Source: Geotalea uraniireducens Rf4
GTDB taxonomy: Bacteria; Desulfobacterota; Desulfuromonadia; Geobacterales; Geobacteraceae
Assembly (NCBI RefSeq): GCF_000016745.1
Contig: NC_009483.1
Span: 3,000,001-3,032,000, forward strand
Direction of reading: 5' to 3'
Length of the DNA stretch: 32,000 nt
Part shown: positions 16,891-24,114 of the stretch, in pieces
How positions within the stretch are numbered: position 1 is the stretch's first letter
Layout of the letters: each line of letters begins with the position of its first letter
Position numbers and translations under genes: made by a program
Notes under the pieces: model-generated
Seen by the model: only the letters and a program-made list of their open reading frames with translations
Told to the model about the DNA's origin: nothing
Databases searched by the model: none

Positions 16891-16928
16891 GGAGAACCAC
16901 CGGGGGTCACCAATTACTCGTGACTCAA

Positions 16929-17927
16929 TTACTCGGGAGCCTGCCTCCCACCCTTTGCCCCGGGTTCGCCACGCAGCATGAGCAGCCAGAGCAGGACCGG
17001 CGCAAGGTACTGGCCGACCAGACTGATCCCCATTGACAGCCTGATTGCGGGTTCGTTGTGAAAGGCGGTCATCATCACATTGCAGATCCTGAACATGACC
17101 TGTATGCCGACGATGGCCGCCAGCCCCGCTGCCAGCGCCGTGAGTTTCCGCTGCATCACGCGGTGGCGGCTGGCCAGGACAAGCCCGACAAAGGTCACCA
17201 CGTTGAAGGTCTGATAATAAATCTCGTGCTGGTATGGTATTTCGAGACGATAGTCGAACAGAGCGAATAGAGCCGTAACCAGGTGATCGGTCAGCCTGAC
17301 GTACTCCTTGTTGATCGCAAGCCATACAAGAAAGGGAATGGCGGAAAAAGCAACGAAACGGACCGGAAAAGCGGCAGGCGTGAACCGTGGAGCGGCCGGC
17401 GATGCTGCTCGCAGCCATGCCATGCAGACGGCAAGGACGAACAGGACCATCAGGACCTGCCCGAGATAGACATGGACGAATTCGAAGAGATTCTGCTTTC
17501 GCAGGCCGATGGCGAACACCGCGGCAATGCGCAGGATGTTGCCCGCATGGAGAACCGGTATCCCGAGAGCCAGGCCGATAAGCTTCCGGCTCAGGGATAT
17601 CGGGTAGGCAATGACGAAGGAGAAGAACAGTATCCCCATGTAGAGGACCGAGCATTCCGTGATGACCCTGACCGCAAAGCCGTCCTGGCTGAGGGTGAGC
17701 CCCTGGAGGGCCGGATGGATGCCGAATGGTCCCAGGCAACAGGCAGACATGCGGGCGGTATGGCGGTTTAACGGCTCAAACAGGGATTCGGGCAGCCAGG
17801 TGGCGAGGGTATAGAGCAAAATACAGCAGATGCCGAATGTGACGGCAAACCTGACGTCGATGACGGACTGACCGGATGGTGCTCCGCTGCCGGCCCGCCA
17901 CGATTTAAAGCCCCTTTTCCGGTTCAT
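16929..17927 (-). CDS. Exosortase/archaeosortase-family transpeptidase (XrtH-like by context) with an additional C-terminal multi-TM region
   Basis: The conserved exosortase triad sits in its usual helices. Cys is in VITECSVLY (codon 17654-17652). Arg is in HAGNILRIAAV (17531-17529). His is in FVHVYLGQV (17474-17472). About 160 further residues carry about 4 hydrophobic helices. I prefer ATG 17927 over the track's TTG at 17939. The gene starts 24 nt after the PPIase stop. Confidence 0.75.
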   Translation of the reverse strand: MNRKRGFKSWRAGSGAPSGQSVIDVRFAVTFGICCILLYTLATWLPESLFEPLNRHTARMSACCLGPFGIHPALQGLTLSQDGFAVRVITECSVLYMGILFFSFVIAYPISLSRKLIGLALGIPVLHAGNILRIAAVFAIGLRKQNLFEFVHVYLGQVLMVLFVLAVCMAWLRAASPAAPRFTPAAFPVRFVAFSAIPFLVWLAINKEYVRLTDHLVTALFALFDYRLEIPYQHEIYYQTFNVVTFVGLVLASRHRVMQRKLTALAAGLAAIVGIQVMFRICNVMMTAFHNEPAIRLSMGISLVGQYLAPVLLWLLMLRGEPGAKGGRQAPE

Positions 17928-17951
17928 GGAACCATCCAAAAAATATTCGGA

Positions 17952-18932
17952 TTACATCTCGGCCGGGTTGATCTCCACTCGCGCTTTTTTGCGCAGGTCC
18001 CCGGCGTAGCGGTTGGCCTTCTCCATCGCCTTTTCCTGCTTGAGGTACTCCGAGATCTTCCCCTCTGCCGCTTCATAGGCTATCACCTGCTCCGGCTTTC
18101 TGTCGGTGAGACGGATCAAGTGCAGGCCGAACCTGTCCTCGACAATGCCGCTCGTTTCCCCCACTTTCAGGTCCATGACGGCATCCTCCACCACCCTGGC
18201 CATCTCCCCGCGCCGAAAAAAGCCCAGATCGCCCCCCTGCTCCTTGCTGCCGCATTCCGAATAGGCGCGGGCCAGTGCATCGAACGATTCGCCCTTTCCG
18301 ACCTTCTCACGGATGCCTTCGATCTTCTTCTCAGCCTCCGCCCTGGCTTTGCCGGTCATGCCGCCGGTCCTGACCAGAATATGGCTGATTCTGACCTGGA
18401 GCGGCCGCTTGAAGGTGTCGGGGTGGCTACGGTAATACCCTTTCTTTTCCTCATCCGTAACCGTGCTCTGCCCGGCAAACTGCCGGTCGATATAGGTCCT
18501 GACCGCGATTCCCCGTTCGACGATATTCCTGAGCGATGCCTCGGACACGTGCAAGCTGCTCAAGGCCGAGCTGAATTCCATCTCGTTGGCGAAACGTGTC
18601 TTCAGCCTGGCCAGTTCCTCGTCGACTGCCGTCGCAGCAACACCGATGCCACCCTTCCGGCTTTCCTGGTAGATGAGTTCACGACGGATAAGATTGTCCA
18701 GTGCTTCCTGCTGGATTTCCTTGAGCAGGGCCGGGCTGAATAGCCTGACGCTGCGGCTCCGCTTGAGGCGCTCCAGTTCACCATTACACTCTTCCCGGCT
18801 GATCGGGGCGCCGTTTACCACGGCACAATTCAGTTGCCGGGCGGTCTCTTCGGCCGGAACCGGCGCTGCCGGAAGCGACAGCATTGCAACTGTCAGTGTA
18901 AGACGAAGACCGGCCTGTATCGCATTGCTCAT
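17952..18932 (-). CDS. Periplasmic parvulin-type peptidyl-prolyl isomerase, SurA/PrsA/EpsD-like
   Basis: The signal peptide is LRLTLTVAMLSLPAAPVPA. A SurA_N-like chaperone region is followed by a rotamase core (VRISHILV...GGDLGFFRRGEM...FGLHLIRL). The reverse-strand reading GGAGGatgttcATG favours the second ATG (18932). Confidence 0.85.
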   Translation of the reverse strand: MSNAIQAGLRLTLTVAMLSLPAAPVPAEETARQLNCAVVNGAPISREECNGELERLKRSRSVRLFSPALLKEIQQEALDNLIRRELIYQESRKGGIGVAATAVDEELARLKTRFANEMEFSSALSSLHVSEASLRNIVERGIAVRTYIDRQFAGQSTVTDEEKKGYYRSHPDTFKRPLQVRISHILVRTGGMTGKARAEAEKKIEGIREKVGKGESFDALARAYSECGSKEQGGDLGFFRRGEMARVVEDAVMDLKVGETSGIVEDRFGLHLIRLTDRKPEQVIAYEAAEGKISEYLKQEKAMEKANRYAGDLRKKARVEINPAEM

Positions 18933-18973
18933 GAACATCCTCCGTGGCTCACTCCGTCGCGGCTGATTCCGCT

Positions 18974-19129
18974 ATGGGACTTGGTAATTGTAAATATACC
19001 ACGTAGGGGCGACAGCACGGCTTCTTCGTGCTTCGCCCCAGTTCGCAACGCCACCAAAGACGGGCGAAGCAGATAAGGCGTTTGCTTCGCCCCTACGATC
19101 AAAAACGGTATATCAGGAAATTCCATGTC
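18974..19129. repeat. MITE/REP-like structured element, copy 2 (degenerate arms), carrying nested GTAGGGGCGAAGC-type hairpins
   Basis: The arms are ATGGGACTTGGTAATTGTAAATATACC (18974-19000) and GGTATATCAGGAAATTCCATGTC (19107-19129). The reverse complement of the right arm matches the copy-1 left arm at 20 of 23 positions. The interior has CGTAGGGGCGA (19002-19012) paired with TCGCCCCTACG (19087-19097). It also has GCTTCGCCCC (19030-19039) and GGGCGAAGC (19062-19070). The element fills the porin-PPIase gap and abuts the porin stop codon. Confidence 0.7.
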
Positions 19130-19130
19130 G

Positions 19131-20849
19131 CTAAAAACGCACATTGACATTGGCTTGAAAGGTATCGACCGCGAACTTGGGGCCGACTATTTCGTTGGTG
19201 GTCAGCCATTTTGCCGACAACGACAGGTTTTTGGCAACCCCGATTTCGCCCCCCAGAATCCACCCCTCCGCATTGGTGCCTCCTGCGTGAAAATCCGATT
19301 CGGCAAAGGCATCGATAACCGCATCGGCCTCCAGATGCTTGTAGAAAAGGTAACTCTGCCAGTCGCCAAGGTTCTGCACCTTGGGATAGCCGACCGTCAC
19401 GCCGAACTGGTACCCTTCCGTCTGTTTTGTCGTAAGATCACTGTTCCAGTCCCACAGCGGCTTTTGCAACACTTCGGAGTAATCGAAGCCGATGTTGTTG
19501 ACGTAGTCGGCCAGCAGCACCACATGGACAGGGTTCCAGAAACCGATATCCAGCATGCCGGTGAGGGCCAGTTCCCGATACTTGCCCGCCAGGGCCAATT
19601 TGTACAAACCGGTCTGATCTATAAACATTCGGGTATTCCCCTTTTGCTGAAACTGCGGCATGGTCCAGTCGTTGGTGCTAGAACCCGGTTCGTTCATGAT
19701 CCCTTCCGTATGCTCAAAATCGTAAAACGCCACGCCGAATTTCGCCGAAAGCTCTTCACTCGGCTTGTACTCGACCCCCACCTGGCCGGCTAAGAGCCAC
19801 TTGTCCCGCTGGGAGAATTCGATCTCCTGAAGCGGAAAGGCGCCTGCCGTAACGAAGCCGGAAAGGGTTTCCGTCACCCTCGGGGTCCAGGTTACGGCCA
19901 AGCCGTCAAAGTTCACGTCCGGGTCCCAGACCAGGTCGCTGTAAAACCAGGGGTTGGGGAAACGTCCGCCGAGAACTGCCAGCTCCGGTATGGGTCTTAT
20001 CCTGAAATAGGCCTGGTCGAGAACGAAGGTCTTCTTGTTGAAGAAGTCTCCCAGGGTCGCGTTGGTTGACACCGGATCGGTGGTGTTCCCCGTGGCCAGG
20101 CCGATGACAGCATCGGTCTGGTCGTTCACCTTGGCGGTTACGTTGAGCCTTGCCCGCAATCTGACCCGCTGGCGATTAATATGGGAATTCAGTGGTTCAG
20201 GCTTGTCATTGCGGTAAAAATCAGCGTTGCTGTCATCGAAGAAAATGCTTTCGTAGCGGAAGCGCAGGTCCCCCCCGAGCTTGATCCGTTGCGCCCACTC
20301 TGACGAGGCAATCGACTTGGTGACCTTGTTAACCCCCTCCGTCACCTGATCCTGAACACTCTGCTTCACGTCGCCTGCTGCGCTGTCCGCGACCGTTTTC
20401 AGGTAATGCCCCTCCCGGTTGCCGACAACCTCGCTGATGGCCCCGGCCAGGTAGCGCTTATGGTAGGTCTCGCTCAACTGCTCGGCCTCTTCGCCGCTCA
20501 GGATGCCCATCACCCTCATCCGCTCTATGATCAGGTCCGCATCCCTGACCTCGTTGTAAAGTTCGTCGAAGTCCTCCCCGCTTCTCTCCCCGGCAATCCA
20601 CTTTTCCCGCAACTGGCCGATCAGAACCGACACATCGTCACCGGGCATGACCTGTTCATTCAAACGACTGCCGATGGTTGCTGCCTCTTCACCGGTAATG
20701 ATCCCTTTTGTCTGCAAAAGCTCAAGGAGAGCGCCGACGCCCCCCTGCTTGCCGCTGCCGGCTGCCGGTTCAGCACAGAATGCGGGAAAGGATCCGCCAC
20801 CAATAACCATTATGGTCACACTGATAATGAGTGTGATTCGCTGCCACAT
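19131..20849 (-). CDS. Porin-like outer-membrane beta-barrel protein with an N-terminal helical repeat region
   Basis: An SD plus ATG (ctGGAGGttttcaATG) sets the start at 20849 (MWQRITLIISVTIMVIGGGSFPAFCAEP, a signal peptide). There are three copies of a motif of about 27 aa: LLELLQTKGIITGEEAATI, LIGQLREKWIAGERSGEDFDEL and IIERMRVMGILSGEEAEQL. The C-terminal roughly 390 aa have alternating amphipathic strands (YQFGVTVGY, WILGGEIGVA, LSLSAKWLTT). The protein ends in FQANVNVRF, a terminal aromatic residue typical of OMPs. Confidence 0.75.
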   Translation of the reverse strand: MWQRITLIISVTIMVIGGGSFPAFCAEPAAGSGKQGGVGALLELLQTKGIITGEEAATIGSRLNEQVMPGDDVSVLIGQLREKWIAGERSGEDFDELYNEVRDADLIIERMRVMGILSGEEAEQLSETYHKRYLAGAISEVVGNREGHYLKTVADSAAGDVKQSVQDQVTEGVNKVTKSIASSEWAQRIKLGGDLRFRYESIFFDDSNADFYRNDKPEPLNSHINRQRVRLRARLNVTAKVNDQTDAVIGLATGNTTDPVSTNATLGDFFNKKTFVLDQAYFRIRPIPELAVLGGRFPNPWFYSDLVWDPDVNFDGLAVTWTPRVTETLSGFVTAGAFPLQEIEFSQRDKWLLAGQVGVEYKPSEELSAKFGVAFYDFEHTEGIMNEPGSSTNDWTMPQFQQKGNTRMFIDQTGLYKLALAGKYRELALTGMLDIGFWNPVHVVLLADYVNNIGFDYSEVLQKPLWDWNSDLTTKQTEGYQFGVTVGYPKVQNLGDWQSYLFYKHLEADAVIDAFAESDFHAGGTNAEGWILGGEIGVAKNLSLSAKWLTTNEIVGPKFAVDTFQANVNVRF

Positions 20850-20924
20850 TGAAAACCTCCAGATAGTTGAGTCCATTTATGTAATCTAGTGCTGATCTTC
20901 AGCCATCAAGACAAAGCAAGCGCC

Positions 20925-21006
20925 TCCCCCTTTAAGAAAGGGGGAATGAGGGGGATTTGCCTGTCGCATTCTAAATCCCCCCTGGCCCCCCTTTCCCAAA
21001 GGGGGG
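20925..21006. repeat. Triple-hairpin G5/C5 intergenic element, copy A
   Basis: H1 is tCCCCCTTTaagAAAGGGGGa (20925-20945). H2 is GGGGGATTT-14 nt-AAATCCCCC (20950-20981). H3 is CCCCCCTTTcccAAAGGGGGG (20986-21006). It lies between tonB and the porin-like gene. Confidence 0.85.
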
Positions 21007-21019
21007 TAAAACCTTAATC

Positions 21020-21754
21020 CTATCCCTGCAACGAAATTTTCAGGTTCATGCCGCTCGGCATCCCCTCCGGCGGCGGCTCGCTGATGTGTATGAGCCTGAT
21101 TGCTTCCAAAACCGCTTTGTCCATTCTTTCATTTCCGGACGTGCCGGTAATGCTGAACTTGACCACCGTGCCCCGCTGATCGAGAAAAATCTTGACCAAG
21201 GCCTGGTTTTTCCCTTTCGGGTAGCCGCCTTCCCGTTCCAGGCGTTTTTTCACCTGGTTGCGGATTTCGTCCTGAACCTTCTGGGTATACCAGCCGTACC
21301 TGGCCAGGAGCGACAGGCGGTTTGCGCCGCCGCTGTTGCCGCCACCGATCAGCCCCCGGCCACCCTTTTTCCCCACAAGGCCGAAACCGTCCGACCCGGC
21401 ACCCCCCTCCCCGTCAACCCCCAGGTCGCTGCCGGCAGGGGTGTTGTCCTGCGGTTGATCCTGGGCCTGGTTCTGCGGCGACTGCGGGGATTCCTGGGGA
21501 GTAGTGATGGTCTCCTTGGGGATCTCTTTCTGCACCTGCGGGGGAGGTTCCGGCGGTTTTTCCTTCACATCGGGCGGCGGCTTGATCAGCGTGATACTGG
21601 CGATCTTCTCCTGTTTCCGCCCGCCGTCATCGGACAGCATGATCCTGATCACAAAGACGATCAGACCGAGAAAGACCAGGCCGATCACCCCCGGCACCAG
21701 CCAGGTTTTGTACAATCCTGTGAGAGTGTCTTTTTTATGTTTCAACTTTTTCAC
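21020..21754 (-). CDS. tonB: TonB-family energy transducer
   Basis: GTG start with GGAG 5 nt upstream. An N-terminal TM anchor (WLVPGVIGLVFLGLIVFVI) is followed by a Pro/Glu/Lys-rich spacer (KPPPDVKEKPPEPPPQVQKEIPKE). An unusual Gly-rich stretch follows. The C-terminal TonB_C-like domain reads YPKGKNQALVKIFLDQRGTVVKFSITGTSGNERMDKAVLEAI. Confidence 0.85.
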   Translation of the reverse strand: MKKLKHKKDTLTGLYKTWLVPGVIGLVFLGLIVFVIRIMLSDDGGRKQEKIASITLIKPPPDVKEKPPEPPPQVQKEIPKETITTPQESPQSPQNQAQDQPQDNTPAGSDLGVDGEGGAGSDGFGLVGKKGGRGLIGGGNSGGANRLSLLARYGWYTQKVQDEIRNQVKKRLEREGGYPKGKNQALVKIFLDQRGTVVKFSITGTSGNERMDKAVLEAIRLIHISEPPPEGMPSGMNLKISLQG

Positions 21755-21782
21755 GGCTACTCCATGCGGATTCCGATGGATA

Positions 21783-21867
21783 CCCCCCTTTTAGAAAGGG
21801 GGGCCAGGGGGGATTTCTCCGCGGCAATCATTGTAAATCCCCCTAAATCCCCCTTTCTCAAAGGGGG
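21783..21867. repeat. Triple-hairpin G5/C5 intergenic element, copy B (inverted relative to copy A)
   Basis: The hairpins are CCCCCCTTTtagAAAGGGGGG (21783-21803), GGGGGGATTT-18 nt-AAATCCCCC (21807-21843) and CCCCCTTTctcAAAGGGGG (21849-21867). The spacer CCA between the first two hairpins is the reverse complement of the TGG spacer in copy A, which gives the opposite orientation. It lies between exbD and tonB. Confidence 0.85.
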
Positions 21868-21889
21868 ACTTTATGCTTCCGGCTGGAAA

Positions 21890-22297
21890 CTATTTGACCA
21901 GCTTCTGCGTCACTAGTCCGAGCTGGGTAATCTCCAGTTTTTGCAGAAGGTCCAGCACCTCGATGATGTTCTTGTAGGAAATTTTTTCATCCCCCCTGAC
22001 CACCACCGGGAGATTCGGGTCGGACGCCTTGGCCTGGCGCAGCCGGGATTCCAGGTCCGAAATCGTGACCGGAAAACTGTCCAGGTAGATCGTCCCGTCC
22101 CCGGTGATGGTGATCGCCTTGGTGGTCGGCTTGATCTTGCTGGCCGCGGCGCTCGCCTTGGGAAGGTTGACGCTGATCCCCTGCACCGAGGCGGTAACCA
22201 CGAGCATGAACACGACCAGGAGATTCCAGGCCAGGTCCAGCATCGGGACAACATTGATTTCTACAATGTCTTCGTGATCATCTGCCGGCGCTTTCAT
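21890..22297 (-). CDS. exbD: ExbD/TolR-family biopolymer transport protein
   Basis: 135 aa. INVVPMLDLAWNLLVVFML is the conserved TM segment with the essential Asp. A periplasmic domain follows (ITITGDGTIYLD...VVVRGDEKISYKNIIEVLDLL). The start overlaps the exbB-like stop (ATGA, 22294-22297). Confidence 0.9.
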   Translation of the reverse strand: MKAPADDHEDIVEINVVPMLDLAWNLLVVFMLVVTASVQGISVNLPKASAAASKIKPTTKAITITGDGTIYLDSFPVTISDLESRLRQAKASDPNLPVVVRGDEKISYKNIIEVLDLLQKLEITQLGLVTQKLVK

Positions 22298-24090
22298 GCG
22301 GATTCTCCGTAATTCCCTGCGATCTTGAGGTTGAGCTCTTCAATGAACAGCCGGGTATCGATATTGACGTTTTTCATCTGGGCCGCCAGGTATGTGTAGG
22401 CGAACAGCGCCGGGATGGCGACCAGGAGACCGAACAGTGTACAGGCCAGCGCCGAAGCGACACCCGGCGCAATGGCTGCCAGGCTGGCTTCACCGGACTC
22501 GGCCAGGCTGGCGAAGGTATTCATGACCCCCCACACCGTCCCCAGCAGTCCCCAGAACGGTCCGCCGGAGATCCCCAGCGTCAGGACCATCATCCAGCCG
22601 TTAAGTTTCTTTGTTTCATTGGTGCTGGCCCGGTCCAGGGCAGCCTCCACATAATTCAGGGATGCCCTGCTTAGGGCGTTCTTCTTCGAGGAGTTCGCCC
22701 GCTCCAGGCAGCGCTGGACTTCGTCATAACCGGCGCAATAGATGCGCCACAGGGACGAGTGCTGGAAGGCCTCTTCCTCTTCATGAAGCGCCAGGGGATC
22801 GTCGAGTTCGCCGAAAATGGCAAGGAAGGCATGGTTCCCCTTGGTGATTTTCTGCAGGGCGATGAACTTGCGGACGAAAACGTAAGTGGCCAGGAGAAGC
22901 ATGCCTGTGCAAAGGCCGATGACCAGCCAGCCGTCGAGGGAGATGCTCTTGGAAATGACCCGCATCATGTGGATGGTCATATCTTCGCCGCCACCCTTGC
23001 CGCCGGCCTCCTCCTGCTGGTAGGCGGAGAGCTTTCCCTCCTGCCCCTGGCTGCCGAAGGCGACGCCGATCCATCCGGCAGAGCGGGCAACCGACGATAT
23101 CTCCACTTCATCCATCTCACCCGCATAGAAACCGCCGCCGTTCAGGGCAGCGCCGACCGCCAGCTCCGCAGCAGGAGAAGGTAGCGCCACGGCCAGAGGC
23201 GCAGCAGCAGCTTCCCGGCCATCCAGGTAGACGACAACCCTCTTGCCCGGCTCCGCGGAGACGGCCAGGTGATGCCAACTCTGGGAGGTGATAGCGGGGG
23301 TCTTGCCGGTGACAGCCTGCTTGCCGTCCCCAGTGATGCGGCAATAGGCGCCGGCCGGGTCCAAGCCGACAACGATCGACTGGCTGCCGTCATCCCAGGA
23401 AAAGAGGCGCGCATCGGCAGCTGTTCCGGCCGGCTTGAGCCATGCGGAAAAGGTAAAACCCTTGCTGAAGTTCAGTGATGACGAGCGCTTGATCACCAGC
23501 CTGTCGCTGCTGCCGTTGAACGCCGCGCCATTGCCGATGGCCGCCGGTATCCCCAGCTTGCCGCTGAACTCGGCTCCGTGATTGGCATAGGCAGTGGCGT
23601 CACGGGGCGTGCCCTCCTTCTCGTCGAAATGGAAAGACGCCGCCATGGTCGCGTCGTAGGTCCCGCCGTCATCAGGGACGGCTTCAACCGAATTGTTGCC
23701 GTAATAGATCCAGACGGAATCCTGTGCTGATCCGCCGGTGATCTGCGGTACCTTGACCCAGAACAGGCCGATGGCAAGCTTCGGATCGTACTTCTCCAGG
23801 TGCGCCTTGAGCGGGGTCTTGTCATCGCCGCTGACGAACCTGATGTCGGAGCCGTCATCCTTGGCATTGGCGAAGGTGAAATTCCCTGCATGGAGGCGGA
23901 GCAGGACCGGCACCTCGGTCAGGTTGTCCTTGATGTTCGTCCCCTTATCCGTGGTGTCGAAAGCCACCTTCTTGCGAAACTGCCATTTTGCATCCCACCA
24001 GGCGTTGGCCTGGAGCACGCCGGTCATCATCACCAGGGCGATTACCATCCCGGTGACGCTCAATAATTTCCCATGAATACTTCCCCTCAT
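22294..24090 (-). CDS. exbB: MotA/TolQ/ExbB proton-channel protein fused to an N-terminal DUF2341 plus LamG (concanavalin-A-like lectin) module
   Basis: The signal peptide is LLSVTGMVIALVMMTGVLQANA. DUF2341-like motifs are present (WWDAKWQFRKKVAFD, DGSDIRFVSGDD, VWIYYGN). A LamG-like region runs FHFDEKEG...FTFSAWLKP...WHHLAVSAEPGKRVVVYLDG...FYAGEMDEVEISS. Three TM helices follow, with the ExbB signature GGPFWGLLGTVWGVMNTFASLA. GGGAGGaatggcATG sets the start at 24090, 24 nt after the giant gene's stop. Confidence 0.85.
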   Translation of the reverse strand: MRGSIHGKLLSVTGMVIALVMMTGVLQANAWWDAKWQFRKKVAFDTTDKGTNIKDNLTEVPVLLRLHAGNFTFANAKDDGSDIRFVSGDDKTPLKAHLEKYDPKLAIGLFWVKVPQITGGSAQDSVWIYYGNNSVEAVPDDGGTYDATMAASFHFDEKEGTPRDATAYANHGAEFSGKLGIPAAIGNGAAFNGSSDRLVIKRSSSLNFSKGFTFSAWLKPAGTAADARLFSWDDGSQSIVVGLDPAGAYCRITGDGKQAVTGKTPAITSQSWHHLAVSAEPGKRVVVYLDGREAAAAPLAVALPSPAAELAVGAALNGGGFYAGEMDEVEISSVARSAGWIGVAFGSQGQEGKLSAYQQEEAGGKGGGEDMTIHMMRVISKSISLDGWLVIGLCTGMLLLATYVFVRKFIALQKITKGNHAFLAIFGELDDPLALHEEEEAFQHSSLWRIYCAGYDEVQRCLERANSSKKNALSRASLNYVEAALDRASTNETKKLNGWMMVLTLGISGGPFWGLLGTVWGVMNTFASLAESGEASLAAIAPGVASALACTLFGLLVAIPALFAYTYLAAQMKNVNIDTRLFIEELNLKIAGNYGESA

Positions 24091-24114
24091 GCCATTCCTC
24101 CCGAGTCTTTCCCT

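Noticed and set aside
16891-16928. Bidirectional terminator between the convergent small ORF and the exosortase gene
   Set aside because: Only a 5-bp GTCAC/GTGAC stem and a direct CAATTACTCG duplication are present, and there is no U/A tract. That is too weak to call.
16867-17739. 290-aa minus-strand ORF overlapping the exosortase gene in another frame
   Set aside because: Its composition is Pro/Arg/Gly/His-rich, with no hydrophobic helices or motifs. The alternative frame carries the complete exosortase Cys/Arg/His signature and regular TM periodicity.
19125-19793. 222-aa plus-strand ORF antisense to the porin-like gene, and 276-aa plus-strand ORF (21086-21916) antisense to tonB
   Set aside because: These are shadow frames. 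The second reads straight through the triple-hairpin repeat and gives KGG/PPF-type pseudo-peptides, a known artefact of translating such repeats.
22781-23891. Minus-strand alternative-frame ORFs inside the exbB-fusion gene (22781-23074, 23117-23414, 23493-23891), and 21913-22254 inside exbD
   Set aside because: They are out of frame with genes that carry clear DUF2341/LamG/ExbB and ExbD motifs. Their translations are Arg/Pro/Ser-rich.
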